The notes under the pieces were generated by a model. That model was given only the letters and a program-made list of their open reading frames with translations. It did not search any database and had not been told where the DNA came from. Position numbers and translations under genes: made by a program. This document shows positions 1-9,861 of a stretch of DNA of 64,000 nt, one piece after another. Source of the DNA: Candidatus Kapaibacterium sp. (GTDB lineage Bacteria > Bacteroidota > Ignavibacteria > Kapaibacteriales > UBA2268); assembly GCA_963665665.1 (NCBI GenBank), contig OY762428.1:1824001-1888000 (forward strand), given 5' to 3'. Every line of letters begins with the position of its first letter. Positions within the stretch are counted from its first letter, which is position 1.

Positions 1-1
1 C

Positions 2-472
2 AGTTATCAACCATACCGGGGCCGAAAAAACTAATACAAATCCATGGCTGATAGTGCCAATTGTCCCAAGGATACTCCAGGCAGAAACGCCCCCGACATT
101 ATTATCAGTTGTCTGAATATCTATCCTGAGAGTTTTTGTTTTAACAATACATTTCACTCCGTGATCCATTGTTAACAGATAGAAGTTTAGTGAATCTGTT
201 GCTATAAGCTCCCCTCCGATAGTAATTGTACTGTCGTAGAGGTCAGAAACACCATCGAATATTATATCAAGATCCTCGTATATGATGTTATCATAGTCAC
301 GGCAGTGATAATAAATACTGTCAAAAGCAAAAGTGACAGTTGCCCAGGCTCCGTTTGCGTGCTGTACGAATTCCTGCTCTTTTTTCAGCCATCCGTCGGG
401 TGCTTTATTGGAAGCACAGGATGAAGCAAAAATTACAATAGCGAGGAAGAATAATAAATTACGGGTTAACAT
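2..472 (-). CDS. Hypothetical lipoprotein, 3' end beyond window start
   Basis: Manual translation of the minus strand from ATG at 472: MLTRNLLFFLAIVIFASSCASNKAPDGWLKK..., open to the window edge; lipobox-like ASSC; overlaps the stop of the upstream gene by 14 bp. Absent from the ORF track because it is truncated. Confidence 0.75.
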   Translation of the reverse strand, partial: MLTRNLLFFLAIVIFASSCASNKAPDGWLKKEQEFVQHANGAWATVTFAFDSIYYHCRDYDNIIYEDLDIIFDGVSDLYDSTITIGGELIATDSLNFYLLTMDHGVKCIVKTKTLRIDIQTTDNNVGGVSAWSILGTIGTISHGFVLVFSAPVWLIT

Positions 473-2051
473 AGCGGCTCTCCCAAAACATTTTTTCCAT
501 TTCATTTTCATATTTCTTGAATTCCGGGGCCTCAGCTTTCAGAAACTCCCCGGGATTCATGAACATCATTCCGGCTTTCATCAGGTTTTCTCCGGCAATC
601 CATTCTTTGCGCATCCATTCTAAGTAATATCCACTGTTTTCCAGAAAGTACTCGTAATTATTAAAGTCTTCCGGCAGTTCATAGATAAGTTTACGGCTTT
701 CGCCCGGCAGGTTCATCAGGTAATCGTCACTGTTGTTAAGGGCTTTCAGGTTTTTATCATCTATCAGCCCGTCAGTCAGAATAAGTTCGGGAAATATTTC
801 GACGGTTTCGGTTTCCCCTGTAATCTCGGCAAAGGCAAGATAATCTATTCTCCAAAGCCCTTTTGTCATTTTCAGCCTGATTTTTATATTTTCATTCTCA
901 CTGCTTTGGAGCTGTGTTATTTTTATATCCCTGCAAATAGGCCCTATCTCTCCGGTTTCCCCGATCTTTTTATATTCCCCGTTAATTTCCTGGAATACTT
1001 CAATTTTTCCCAATAATTTGTCAATTTCAGAAATTCCGTCCCCGAAATTTCCTTTCGAACGCTCGTACATTGCTATTGCATCAGTTGCCCTGCTGCCGAG
1101 GTAAGTCAGCCCCTGATAGAATAGGTAAGTTGTTAGTAATGTTTGCCTGGATGCAAGTATCAAACCCGGATTATTGAAGTTGTTTCTGATATTTAATTCC
1201 ACAATTTCTTTTTTACCAAGATCTGTTGAATCTGCGGGGCTAAACCATTCATCAGAATCGCATTTTGATATTTTCGGTAAAATATCACCTTCTTCCGAAA
1301 AGGCATTTTCCGGGTAAGAGAAATTTATTGCAGACAAAAACCTGCCGTTTCCGTCATCATAAACACGGCCGTTTTTCGGTTTCTTAGCTGCTATCATTTT
1401 ATTTGACCTGATAAAATGACTTTCGATAGCTTCATTACTTACTTCAAGTTCGGCGAACCTGCCGCGGGGCTTGAACGAATAGAGCGCATCAATATCGCTG
1501 TATTCCATTGAAGGGGTTATTGCCCTGGAAAAAGCTTCGCACTCCATTCTCATGGTGTCGCCGTCGAAAGCATAAAAAGTCGGACAACAGCCAAAGCATG
1601 CTTTGGGATTTGCCAGGCAGGCTATTGTAACAACAACTGATATTCCTGTAATAACTGCAAGCCCGGCATAATTTTTATTACTCGTAATTTTGTTTGTTTC
1701 TATCAGAACTACATCGTTTTTACATCTTCTGAATTCTCCTGATTCAACCGTATCCCTGTTTGCATCAAGTATTACTCCCTGGCCAAAGAAGGAAGAGTCG
1801 CTGAAAGCGTAATCCCATTCATCAAAAACAATGGCATTGCCGTCCTTTAGATGAAGCTTCATGAATGCATCTTCGGGAGCCGGAAGATATGTACTCAATG
1901 AGTATGTTTTGGGATTTATCAATTCCCGTTCAAGTGTCTGCCTGGAGCAAGATATACCTAAAATGATAACACTTATAATCAAAATTCTGCATAAAAATCT
2001 ATTCAGAAATTTCCTCTTTGCGGGAATTTTGGGGTCAGGCTGCCTTTCCAT
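459..2051 (-). CDS. Hypothetical lipoprotein/membrane protein
   Basis: 530-aa ORF; signal peptide with lipobox GISC; internal hydrophobic helix followed by CLANPKACFGCCPTFY. Confidence 0.8.
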   Translation of the reverse strand: MERQPDPKIPAKRKFLNRFLCRILIISVIILGISCSRQTLERELINPKTYSLSTYLPAPEDAFMKLHLKDGNAIVFDEWDYAFSDSSFFGQGVILDANRDTVESGEFRRCKNDVVLIETNKITSNKNYAGLAVITGISVVVTIACLANPKACFGCCPTFYAFDGDTMRMECEAFSRAITPSMEYSDIDALYSFKPRGRFAELEVSNEAIESHFIRSNKMIAAKKPKNGRVYDDGNGRFLSAINFSYPENAFSEEGDILPKISKCDSDEWFSPADSTDLGKKEIVELNIRNNFNNPGLILASRQTLLTTYLFYQGLTYLGSRATDAIAMYERSKGNFGDGISEIDKLLGKIEVFQEINGEYKKIGETGEIGPICRDIKITQLQSSENENIKIRLKMTKGLWRIDYLAFAEITGETETVEIFPELILTDGLIDDKNLKALNNSDDYLMNLPGESRKLIYELPEDFNNYEYFLENSGYYLEWMRKEWIAGENLMKAGMMFMNPGEFLKAEAPEFKKYENEMEKMFWESRYVNP

Positions 2052-2110
2052 AATAGACTCCGATTATTTGTATGATAATAAAATATAAATAAATGCTTTG
2101 TTATTTCAAA

Positions 2111-2509
2111 CTAAAAGTTAATACCACTCTCATTTTTGAATTTGTCAAACCTGATTGTAACAGTTTTACCCAATGCGTTATGTTCAATATCAACAATCTT
2201 ACAATTGCTGAAAATATATGTATCAATTGTACCATCATCAGAAATGTTCTCGATTTTAAATTCATCAATAAGTTTACTCTTTTCTGATTCAAAGGTTGAC
2301 TTCTCATCTTCCTCTATTGTAAAACTGTATAGCCCGGAACCTCTTTGGGGTTCACGAAATTCACCACTGTATTTAATTGCTAAGCTGTAGCGTCCCCAGG
2401 ACATTGTCCCGTTTAACGAAGCAAGTTTTTCCCCGATATTCAGATTGTCAAGGGAACATGCGGTCAAACCGATTAATATGATAACCGTGATTATTGCAAA
2501 GTATTTCAT
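2111..2509 (-). CDS. Hypothetical lipoprotein
   Basis: 132 aa; MKYFAIITVIILIGLTAC lipobox; GGAG upstream of the start. Confidence 0.75.
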   Translation of the reverse strand: MKYFAIITVIILIGLTACSLDNLNIGEKLASLNGTMSWGRYSLAIKYSGEFREPQRGSGLYSFTIEEDEKSTFESEKSKLIDEFKIENISDDGTIDTYIFSNCKIVDIEHNALGKTVTIRFDKFKNESGINF

Positions 2510-2728
2510 GATATTCTCCGATTTCTATGTTGAAAAACTATTTCAAAATCAATTCGAAGGAAAAATACCGAACATAACAATCTGATTTGTCACACGGGAA
2601 TAGAAATAATGTCAAAAAAATGTCAGGATAATTAATTGATAAAAGGTTTTATGGCAATTTTTTAATAACTGGCTTTGTTTTAATATTAATATTTACTAAA
2701 ATGTGATAAAGTAAAAGAAGTAAATTAT

Positions 2729-3502
2729 TTGAAGAAAAATCCGGCAATGAGAATTGTTAGCCACGAGAAATTTAATGATAGTAATTATGCCAGGGATAAT
2801 GCATCACTTCCTGGTAGAATGGAGGCCATTCATAAAGAGCTTAAAAGAAAATATCACTATATCGATGCTGTTCCGGTTGATGAAGCTTACTTGCTTTCGG
2901 GGCACAGCAGCCAATACATTGATACTGTAAAACAAGATAGCGAATTATATAATATGGCTCTTCTTGCTGCCGGCGGAGCCAGAATAGCAGCCGAAACCGG
3001 CGCACTTGGCGAACCTGCCTTCGCTGCAATCCGGCCTCCGGGCCATCATGCCTACAGGGAACAGGGATGGGGATTTTGCCATTTTTCCAATATGGCTCTT
3101 TCCCTGCTGCACCTGAAAAACAAAGGCTTCATCAAATCCGCTTTCCTGCTGGATTTCGATGCCCACACCGGGGACGGTACAATTGATGTTTTAAAGAACG
3201 AGAAAGATATTTTCATACTGAATCCGATGGCTGAAAAAAATGATATTTATAAAAAAGTAATCGAGGACTATATAAAAGAGCTGCCCTTTGTGGATATTAT
3301 TGCAGTATGTGCCGGATTTGATTCCTACAAACTTGATCTCGGCAGGAAACTGGAAACATTCGATTTTTATTATATTGGAAAAACATTATCATTATTCTCT
3401 AAAAAGCTGAGCCATAATAAGCGCTATGCTGTCCTGGAAGGAGGCTATTACCTTCCGGACCTCGGTAAAAATGTCCTGGCTTTTTGCGAAGGGTTTGAAT
3501 AG
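2729..3502 (+). CDS. Histone deacetylase family (Zn-dependent amidohydrolase) protein
   Basis: Motifs RPPGHHA, GFC, DFDAHTGDGT, AGFD and LEGGY. Confidence 0.92.
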   Translation: MKKNPAMRIVSHEKFNDSNYARDNASLPGRMEAIHKELKRKYHYIDAVPVDEAYLLSGHSSQYIDTVKQDSELYNMALLAAGGARIAAETGALGEPAFAAIRPPGHHAYREQGWGFCHFSNMALSLLHLKNKGFIKSAFLLDFDAHTGDGTIDVLKNEKDIFILNPMAEKNDIYKKVIEDYIKELPFVDIIAVCAGFDSYKLDLGRKLETFDFYYIGKTLSLFSKKLSHNKRYAVLEGGYYLPDLGKNVLAFCEGFE

Positions 3503-3511
3503 GAGATATTT

Positions 3512-3829
3512 ATGAGCGAAGAAGTAAAAATTGACTTTATTGAAAGAAATCAGCAGCATTCGGATTATGACTGGGCAAATATAACTGTTGCCGATGACCG
3601 GGTTGGCAAAGCCCGATGCCTGATTGAAAAAAAACGTTTGATAATTTATTCTATCAATATTTACCCGGAATACTCGGGTAAGGGCTACGGAAGAATATTC
3701 GTGGAGCAGGCTGCTGAAAAATGGGATGAAATTGTGGCAGACAGAGTCCGCGCTACTGCAATTGGATTCTGGGAGAAACTCGGTTTCGTGAACAACCATG
3801 ATGGCAACTGGATTTTCAGAAAGAAATAA
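3512..3829 (+). CDS. GNAT family N-acetyltransferase
   Basis: Acetyl-CoA motif A (IYPEYSGKGYG) and motif B (AIGFWEKLGF); AGGAG RBS. Confidence 0.88.
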   Translation: MSEEVKIDFIERNQQHSDYDWANITVADDRVGKARCLIEKKRLIIYSINIYPEYSGKGYGRIFVEQAAEKWDEIVADRVRATAIGFWEKLGFVNNHDGNWIFRKK

Positions 3830-3839
3830 AAATTACTTT

Positions 3840-4334
3840 CTACTTAACTTCAATAAATTCTTTCATCTTTTCGAATTTTTTCGGGCCGATTCCTTTTACA
3901 TTCATGATGTCTTCTACTTTGCGGAAAGGAGTCTTTTTCCGATAATTAATTATTTTCACGGCTGTTTTTTCGCCAATGCCATTCAGCTTTATCAGTTTAG
4001 CCTTGCTGGCACTGTTCAGGTCAATCTTTCCCATAATGGTGGATTTGGGTTCTTTCCCGGGTTTTGCCTTCGGAGAATTTATATTTATACTATCAGTTTT
4101 CACTTCCCTGTTTATACTTCCGTCAGGGTTTGTTCCTGTGTATGTTTTTCTCCGGGCTTCCGCCAGGCTGTCAAGGATATTAATTGTTTCTTCAACACCA
4201 GGATTACTTTGCTCCGGCGGATTGTATATAAGGCCGGCAGTCAGGCCACTTGCAATTATCAGCACAATTACAAGTTCCTGCCTGCTTACTCCAAGCAAGC
4301 CCTGCAAGCGTGAAAAATAGTCCTTTTTATTCAT
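3840..4334 (-). CDS. comEA: ComEA family helix-hairpin-helix DNA-binding protein
   Basis: N-terminal TM helix; C-terminal IDLNSAS...LNGIGEKTA..II.YR..F..VEDI..VKGIGPKKFEK. Start assigned to MNKKDY at 4334, which has a GGAG RBS. Confidence 0.85.
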   Translation of the reverse strand: MNKKDYFSRLQGLLGVSRQELVIVLIIASGLTAGLIYNPPEQSNPGVEETINILDSLAEARRKTYTGTNPDGSINREVKTDSININSPKAKPGKEPKSTIMGKIDLNSASKAKLIKLNGIGEKTAVKIINYRKKTPFRKVEDIMNVKGIGPKKFEKMKEFIEVK

Positions 4335-4434
4335 GAGAACTCCCTGTTGGAAAGTCCCCAACCCGAAAAAACAGCAATATGTTACGAAATTATTTCATAA
4401 ATATCAAGATAAAACTTTTGAAATATAAATTTAA

Positions 4435-4451
4435 TTGGCTAAATTTTTGCA
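4435..4451 (+). promoter_or_regulatory. Putative sigma-54 (-24/-12) promoter
   Basis: TTGGCTAAATTTTTGCA: GG(4437-38)-N10-GC(4449-50) with TTGC, about 60 bp upstream of the CDS at 4510. Confidence 0.45.
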
Positions 4452-4509
4452 ACGTTACTTTTTTATGCTATTCTCGTTATTTTATATGAGAACTTAAATA
4501 AGGAATGAT

Positions 4510-5490
4510 ATGAAAAGGTTTGTATATATTTTAATAATTTTATTGGCATTCGGGGATTTGTTCGGTCAGAACGTCCCGGTTCTGTATTCCGGGATAGATA
4601 ATGGCGATAGCAATATTCGTCTTTTTATTGAGGGTAGCGGAAATCCTCCCTATTTCGGGCTTTATTATATAAACGGGGAAAAAACTAATGAAGATGATTT
4701 TGAACAGATCGCTCTTATCCCGAATACCGCTAACGGCAATGCTGTTTCGGTAATAGTTACAGGAACCGGAACGAAATCCTCGTTTTACGTTCGGGAAATT
4801 GATACATCCGGAGCAGGGCCTGCAAGTAATATCCTGCTTGTAGAATTAGCCGGTGGTAATGGTGATTCTGAATATAATCCCACTGTTTATACCAGTATTC
4901 GCGAAGATTACAGCACTTCGGGACTGACACTATATCACAAAGAATATGATGAACAATGCAAAGCAGAATTTAAAATATCCGACATAGATCAATATGAAAG
5001 GGTTAATATATTTTATCTTCGGGGATTTGATACCATACCTAAATTTTTGGGATACCTGTATTATCAGAATGAAGAATATGATTTTGAATTAAGCTGGCTA
5101 ACCCACGGAGACCGGGTAATTGTATCAAAAGATATTGATATTACCGGCTCTTCACAGATTAGTAACGAGGCATTCGTTTCAATGCCCGGCTGCAATTTCG
5201 ACCATTCCGATCCCGGATTTTATGTTAATGTTGCTAACTCCAGGGAGGAACTAAATAAAATATCACTGGAAATGACAATATACCCTAACCCCTGTGATGA
5301 AATAATCAATATTCCATTTAACCTGTCTGATGCCGAAAGTATAGAAATAATTGATTCAAAAGCTATTACAGTATTAAAGTCAAATCCCGTTTCAAGCCTT
5401 AAAACCTCTGAATTAGCCGGCGGATTATACATTCTTAGAATAAATTATAAAAACAGCGAAACAAAATTCCACAGATTTATAAAACTCTAA
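4510..5490 (+). CDS. T9SS type A sorting domain-containing protein
   Basis: Signal peptide; C-terminal IYPNP...L..GLYILRI...KFHRFIK CTD pattern. Confidence 0.85.
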   Translation: MKRFVYILIILLAFGDLFGQNVPVLYSGIDNGDSNIRLFIEGSGNPPYFGLYYINGEKTNEDDFEQIALIPNTANGNAVSVIVTGTGTKSSFYVREIDTSGAGPASNILLVELAGGNGDSEYNPTVYTSIREDYSTSGLTLYHKEYDEQCKAEFKISDIDQYERVNIFYLRGFDTIPKFLGYLYYQNEEYDFELSWLTHGDRVIVSKDIDITGSSQISNEAFVSMPGCNFDHSDPGFYVNVANSREELNKISLEMTIYPNPCDEIINIPFNLSDAESIEIIDSKAITVLKSNPVSSLKTSELAGGLYILRINYKNSETKFHRFIKL

Positions 5491-5533
5491 TTTCTTCCGG
5501 TATCCTACCCGGCTTCCGGCAGAAAAACATTCT

Positions 5534-6613
5534 CTATGATTTTTCCTTCTTAAGCTTTGGTATTTTCTTTGGCGGCGCAGGTGCTGATTCCATCAGCCTG
5601 GCTACGAAACTGAAGTCCGCACTTAATTCAAGGATCAGTTTAAGCAGTACAAGCAATGGTACCGACAGCATCATTCCCGGAATACCCCATATATAACCCC
5701 AAAAAACGAGTCCGAAAATCACGGTTAGAGTGTTTAATTTCAATCCGGACCCCATAATTATCGGTTCGATAAAATTCCCCATTAACATTTGTATAAGAAC
5801 GAGCAGGATGAGCAGAAATAATATTGTATCAGGCGAATCGAACTGGACTATTCCCATCAGGACAGGAGGGATAACCGATATTGTTGATCCTATTGTGGGA
5901 ATGTAGTTCAATAAAAAAGTAAGGAAAGCCCAGAAAAACGGAAACTTCACACCGAAAATAGAACAGACCACAAAAACAAGGAACCCGGTAATAATACTGA
6001 TAAGTGTTTTTATTCCTAAGTATTTAACTATTGATTTCTGTATCTTTTGGAAGTTATCGATAAGTTTTTCTGCATAATCATTGCCACCAACATGCTGTAA
6101 ATAGCGGTCATAATTCATCATTCCGGAGAGAAGAACGATATAATATAGGGCGAACATGGCAAAAGATGTTGTAAATGATCCAAGTGATGAAGCCAGGCCG
6201 CCGGCAAAAGAGGATAAATTTTCGAAATTAATATATTCGTTAACTTTATCAAGATTTATCCTGGAATTGAAATGCTTTGCTCCTATCTCATTTGCCCAGC
6301 TAACCACAGAGCTTACGCGGTCGTTGAGCTTGCCATATATAAAATCCTGTTGGACTGCTATTTCCTCGCTGGTTTCAATTACTACCTGGGAAATTCCAAA
6401 AAGAACAAGAAGGGTAACTACAACCACTACCGGCAAAACAAGCCAGGCCGGCAATTTTTTATCTTTGAAGAATTTTATGAACGGATAAAAGAAACTGGCA
6501 AGCAGAAAGGCAAGTACCAGGGGAATTAAGATTGATTTCAGTACGGACATCAGGTAAAATACTAATGCCATGAGAAAAATTACAAGTATATTCTTAATAG
6601 TTTTATCGTTCAT
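5534..6613 (-). CDS. AI-2E family transporter
   Basis: Multi-TM protein; LNYIPTIGS, GNFIEP..MG..L.LN and FWGYIWGIPGMMLSVP motifs. Confidence 0.92.
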   Translation of the reverse strand: MNDKTIKNILVIFLMALVFYLMSVLKSILIPLVLAFLLASFFYPFIKFFKDKKLPAWLVLPVVVVVTLLVLFGISQVVIETSEEIAVQQDFIYGKLNDRVSSVVSWANEIGAKHFNSRINLDKVNEYINFENLSSFAGGLASSLGSFTTSFAMFALYYIVLLSGMMNYDRYLQHVGGNDYAEKLIDNFQKIQKSIVKYLGIKTLISIITGFLVFVVCSIFGVKFPFFWAFLTFLLNYIPTIGSTISVIPPVLMGIVQFDSPDTILFLLILLVLIQMLMGNFIEPIIMGSGLKLNTLTVIFGLVFWGYIWGIPGMMLSVPLLVLLKLILELSADFSFVARLMESAPAPPKKIPKLKKEKS

Positions 6614-6791
6614 TGATGGCCCCGTTCAGGAATAATATATTTTTTTACAGCTTTGCTAATCTAAGGCTGAAACCAACAATAAGCAAGAAAAATTTTAAAT
6701 GAAGGCCTTGGTTTTTATAAATCGGTTAACCACGGCCGAATTGAAATAGAAGCTCTCCTTTATTGATACTCAAGTTCTAACAGAAAAACTA

Positions 6792-6825
6792 CAAAAGCCG
6801 GCATTACAATCAACACCGGCTTTTG
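6792..6825 (-). terminator. Rho-independent terminator-like hairpin
   Basis: CAAAAGCCGG...CCGGCTTTTG inverted repeat just downstream of the M28 gene. Confidence 0.6.
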
Positions 6826-6846
6826 CATTTGTAAATTCATCAAAAA

Positions 6847-8682
6847 CTATTTTTTCCCGAGTTTTATCTCTGTGCTGTTTGTTTCTCCGTCGCGTTCATA
6901 TTCAATTGTGATTGTATCGCCGGGGTTCATTTCCCGTATCATGAATTCGATATCGTAACGGTTATTTACTTCGGTTCCGTTTACAGTTTTGATTATATCG
7001 CCTTTTTTAACTTTTTTTGCAGCCGGGCTTTTCCTTTCAAACCCTGAAATAAGTATTCCGTCCTCATCATCCATTTCTTCTTCAATGCCAATAAATGCGC
7101 CGTTTCCGGGCATTGTATATGCCAGATCGGAATAAATATTTATGCCGCTTTTGCAGTCAGGTTTCGAATTGTTTGAAGCGATTTTTTTCAACAGGTAATC
7201 AGCAGTTTCAACTATCTTTTCCATACCTTTGTAGCGAATTTTTCTTTCAATATCATCCGGCTCTTTAATATCTTCATGCAGGCCGCTGGACAGCATAAGG
7301 AATGGAATACCACTATTATAAAATGCCTCGTGGTCCGAAGACAGGTCGCCATTGACAGCGCCGATAATATTAAGATCGGTATCAACAGCAAGCGTATCCA
7401 CAATTGATGTTAATAATCCTGAACTATTTATACCATAGATGCTAAGTTTGTCATCATCGAGCCTGCCGATTATATTCATATTTATAATTGAATTAATATT
7501 TGCAAGCGGAACGGGCGGTTTTGCAATAAAAGCGTTCGATCCTGTAAGCCCTGCTTCTTTTCCTCCGAAGAAAGCAAATATTACAGGCCTTGGGAGCGGA
7601 TTGGCAGCAGTCATCCTTGCAAGTTCAAGAACACCGGCACAACCGGAAGCATTATCATCCGCACCATTCATTACCTGTGGCTTATAGAATATCCTGCGTA
7701 TGGATTTTTCTTTTTTCCCAAGATGGTCGTGGTTTGCACAAACTACTATAAATTGATCTTTCAGCGCCGGGTCATTACCTTCAACCATGCCAAATATATT
7801 GGCTGTCATCTCAGTTTTGTCAGTCATCTGAAGTTTAAGATTAATTGATACGTCGGGCAGTTCGAAACTTACAGGCTGCAAAGTTTTATCAATTTTTAAT
7901 TCCATGGGAACTATCTGGTATTCCTTGTTCCTTGGGAAAAACTTTGCAACTTCGTCCCTGTTTACCTGAATACATACTATACCTGATTTTTTTGGAACCG
8001 AGATATTTGTTAAGGGCTCGTAAACACTTGCAGAATCGCCTTTTACCTTGATTAGCAGAAGGCCTGCGGCTCCGTGCTTTTCGGCATTTTTTGCTTTGTA
8101 TTCCATTGATGCAAAGGGATCAAAAGGGCCGCCCTTTTTTTCTTTGTCCGGGGAATTGGAAAGAGAAATTACAACTTTGCCTTTCACATCAACACCGGCA
8201 TAATCATCATAATTTAGCTCCGGAGCGCTTATCCCATAGCCTACGAAAACCAGATTTGTAGAAATCTCACCATCGCCGCTGAATGGCAACGGAGACCATT
8301 CCTGCCCGAATGTCCATTTTTTCTCTACTTTTCTCCACTTATCTTTCGGAAGGCCCGGCCTTGGAAGGAGGGTATTGAATGAAATGGCTGATTCTGCGGA
8401 AGGTGTTACCCCCGTAGGAACTGGGAATTCCATACTCCAGTTGCCATTAACTGGCTTTAAGCCGTAAAGCTTCATTTTTTCAAGAATATAATTTCTGGCA
8501 GCAACATCACCTGCAGATGCAGGATAACGACCCTGTAAATCTGAAGAAGCAAGAAAAGAAACATGTTCTTTCAGGTTGGATTTAATATCAGCTTCATTCT
8601 GCGCAAACAGACATGAGATTTGAATACTACCAATCAGGAAAGCAAGCAAAAGGCTTTTAGTAATTTTTTTCATTTTGAACAC
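6847..8682 (-). CDS. M28 family peptidase homologue with PA and PDZ domains, probably catalytically inactive
   Basis: Signal peptide; PA domain (LVFVGYGISAPELNYDDYAGVDVKGK); GADDNASG and SDH motifs; C-terminal PDZ (SPAAKK.KKGDII..VNG). Several metal ligands are substituted. Confidence 0.88.
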   Translation of the reverse strand: MFKMKKITKSLLLAFLIGSIQISCLFAQNEADIKSNLKEHVSFLASSDLQGRYPASAGDVAARNYILEKMKLYGLKPVNGNWSMEFPVPTGVTPSAESAISFNTLLPRPGLPKDKWRKVEKKWTFGQEWSPLPFSGDGEISTNLVFVGYGISAPELNYDDYAGVDVKGKVVISLSNSPDKEKKGGPFDPFASMEYKAKNAEKHGAAGLLLIKVKGDSASVYEPLTNISVPKKSGIVCIQVNRDEVAKFFPRNKEYQIVPMELKIDKTLQPVSFELPDVSINLKLQMTDKTEMTANIFGMVEGNDPALKDQFIVVCANHDHLGKKEKSIRRIFYKPQVMNGADDNASGCAGVLELARMTAANPLPRPVIFAFFGGKEAGLTGSNAFIAKPPVPLANINSIINMNIIGRLDDDKLSIYGINSSGLLTSIVDTLAVDTDLNIIGAVNGDLSSDHEAFYNSGIPFLMLSSGLHEDIKEPDDIERKIRYKGMEKIVETADYLLKKIASNNSKPDCKSGINIYSDLAYTMPGNGAFIGIEEEMDDEDGILISGFERKSPAAKKVKKGDIIKTVNGTEVNNRYDIEFMIREMNPGDTITIEYERDGETNSTEIKLGKK

Positions 8683-8878
8683 TCCATTATCATCTCAGAT
8701 CCGAAAAACCCAAACAAGGGGAAAAAACTCAGTTGGCAATTTATATTAAGCGAATGATTAATGCAAGAAAAAGGACGAATTTATATTGGTATAAATGGAT
8801 TTATGCACTAAAAAATAAATTATGCCGCCCCGAATGGAGCGGCACCAATATTAGTCGGAGAGGGAATCCAAAAAATAA

Positions 8879-9664
8879 CTACTTAAGTGAAAAAGTTATT
8901 GGTATGTTTACCCAGCATTTTACAGGGTTATTGTGCATGATTGCCGGAGTATAAGTAGCATTCATAACTGCTTTAATGGCAGCTTCTTCAAGCAACAGGC
9001 TGGATGAATACGTAATCTTTGCTTTTTCCGGTTTGCCGTATTTACCAACAAGAACCATCACGACAACTTTACCCTCTGTGCCTGATTCTCTTGCAAGGTG
9101 CGGATAAACAATACTTTTTTGCAATGCAGGAAGATCTACTCCCGGCTCCTTGTCAACCATTAACATAATTTCCGGGTCAGGTTCCGGTTCAATCTTTGAT
9201 TCGATTTGGATCTTTGTTTTCCCATCGTCGAAAACCGACTGCGGATTGTCGAAAATATCCCCGATAACATCACCGGCAACTGACAGTGAACGATGGATTT
9301 CATTCACGCTTGCAAAAACGTTATCTATCTCCTTCAAATCTGTTTCCGGTATCGGAATAGGATTTCCTGCAACCATTCCGCTGCCGATAATTAATTTCGG
9401 ATTATTAGGGATCACCGGCGGTGCAATTTCTGTTTTAATATCGTATAGTCCGAGAGTGGTAACAATATGCGTATTATCAATTGGGGCAGTAATTATTTCG
9501 GAATTGCTGCTGCTGATAATAGCAAAATAAACCACAAATATCAAAATAAAGAACGACATGCTGAAAGCGAACCCCCTCGCGGTATTGGAACGGATCTGGT
9601 CCATTAGTTCCCTGGCGGGAGAGAGTATCATTACTTTTCCGGGTTTTGTATAAGCCCTTTTCAT
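8879..9664 (-). CDS. Energy transducer TonB family protein
   Basis: TM helix, Pro-rich linker and TonB C-domain (YP..ARESGTEGKVVV.VLV...G.P); AGGAGG RBS. Confidence 0.9.
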   Translation of the reverse strand: MKRAYTKPGKVMILSPARELMDQIRSNTARGFAFSMSFFILIFVVYFAIISSSNSEIITAPIDNTHIVTTLGLYDIKTEIAPPVIPNNPKLIIGSGMVAGNPIPIPETDLKEIDNVFASVNEIHRSLSVAGDVIGDIFDNPQSVFDDGKTKIQIESKIEPEPDPEIMLMVDKEPGVDLPALQKSIVYPHLARESGTEGKVVVMVLVGKYGKPEKAKITYSSSLLLEEAAIKAVMNATYTPAIMHNNPVKCWVNIPITFSLK

Positions 9665-9861
9665 ATCACCTCCTAAGTTTAAAAATACTTTCCGAGGAGC
9701 TTATCATTTCGGTCGGCCATATCCGGATAATGTATGCAACCGTTCTTACTATTCAGACACTGGCAGGATCAAAAAAGTTACAGCGGCTATTTTCAGACAT
9801 CCGGAATCAATGTAAATTTAATTGTCTTAGTTTTAAATATTCCAACAAAGTTTACTACCCC

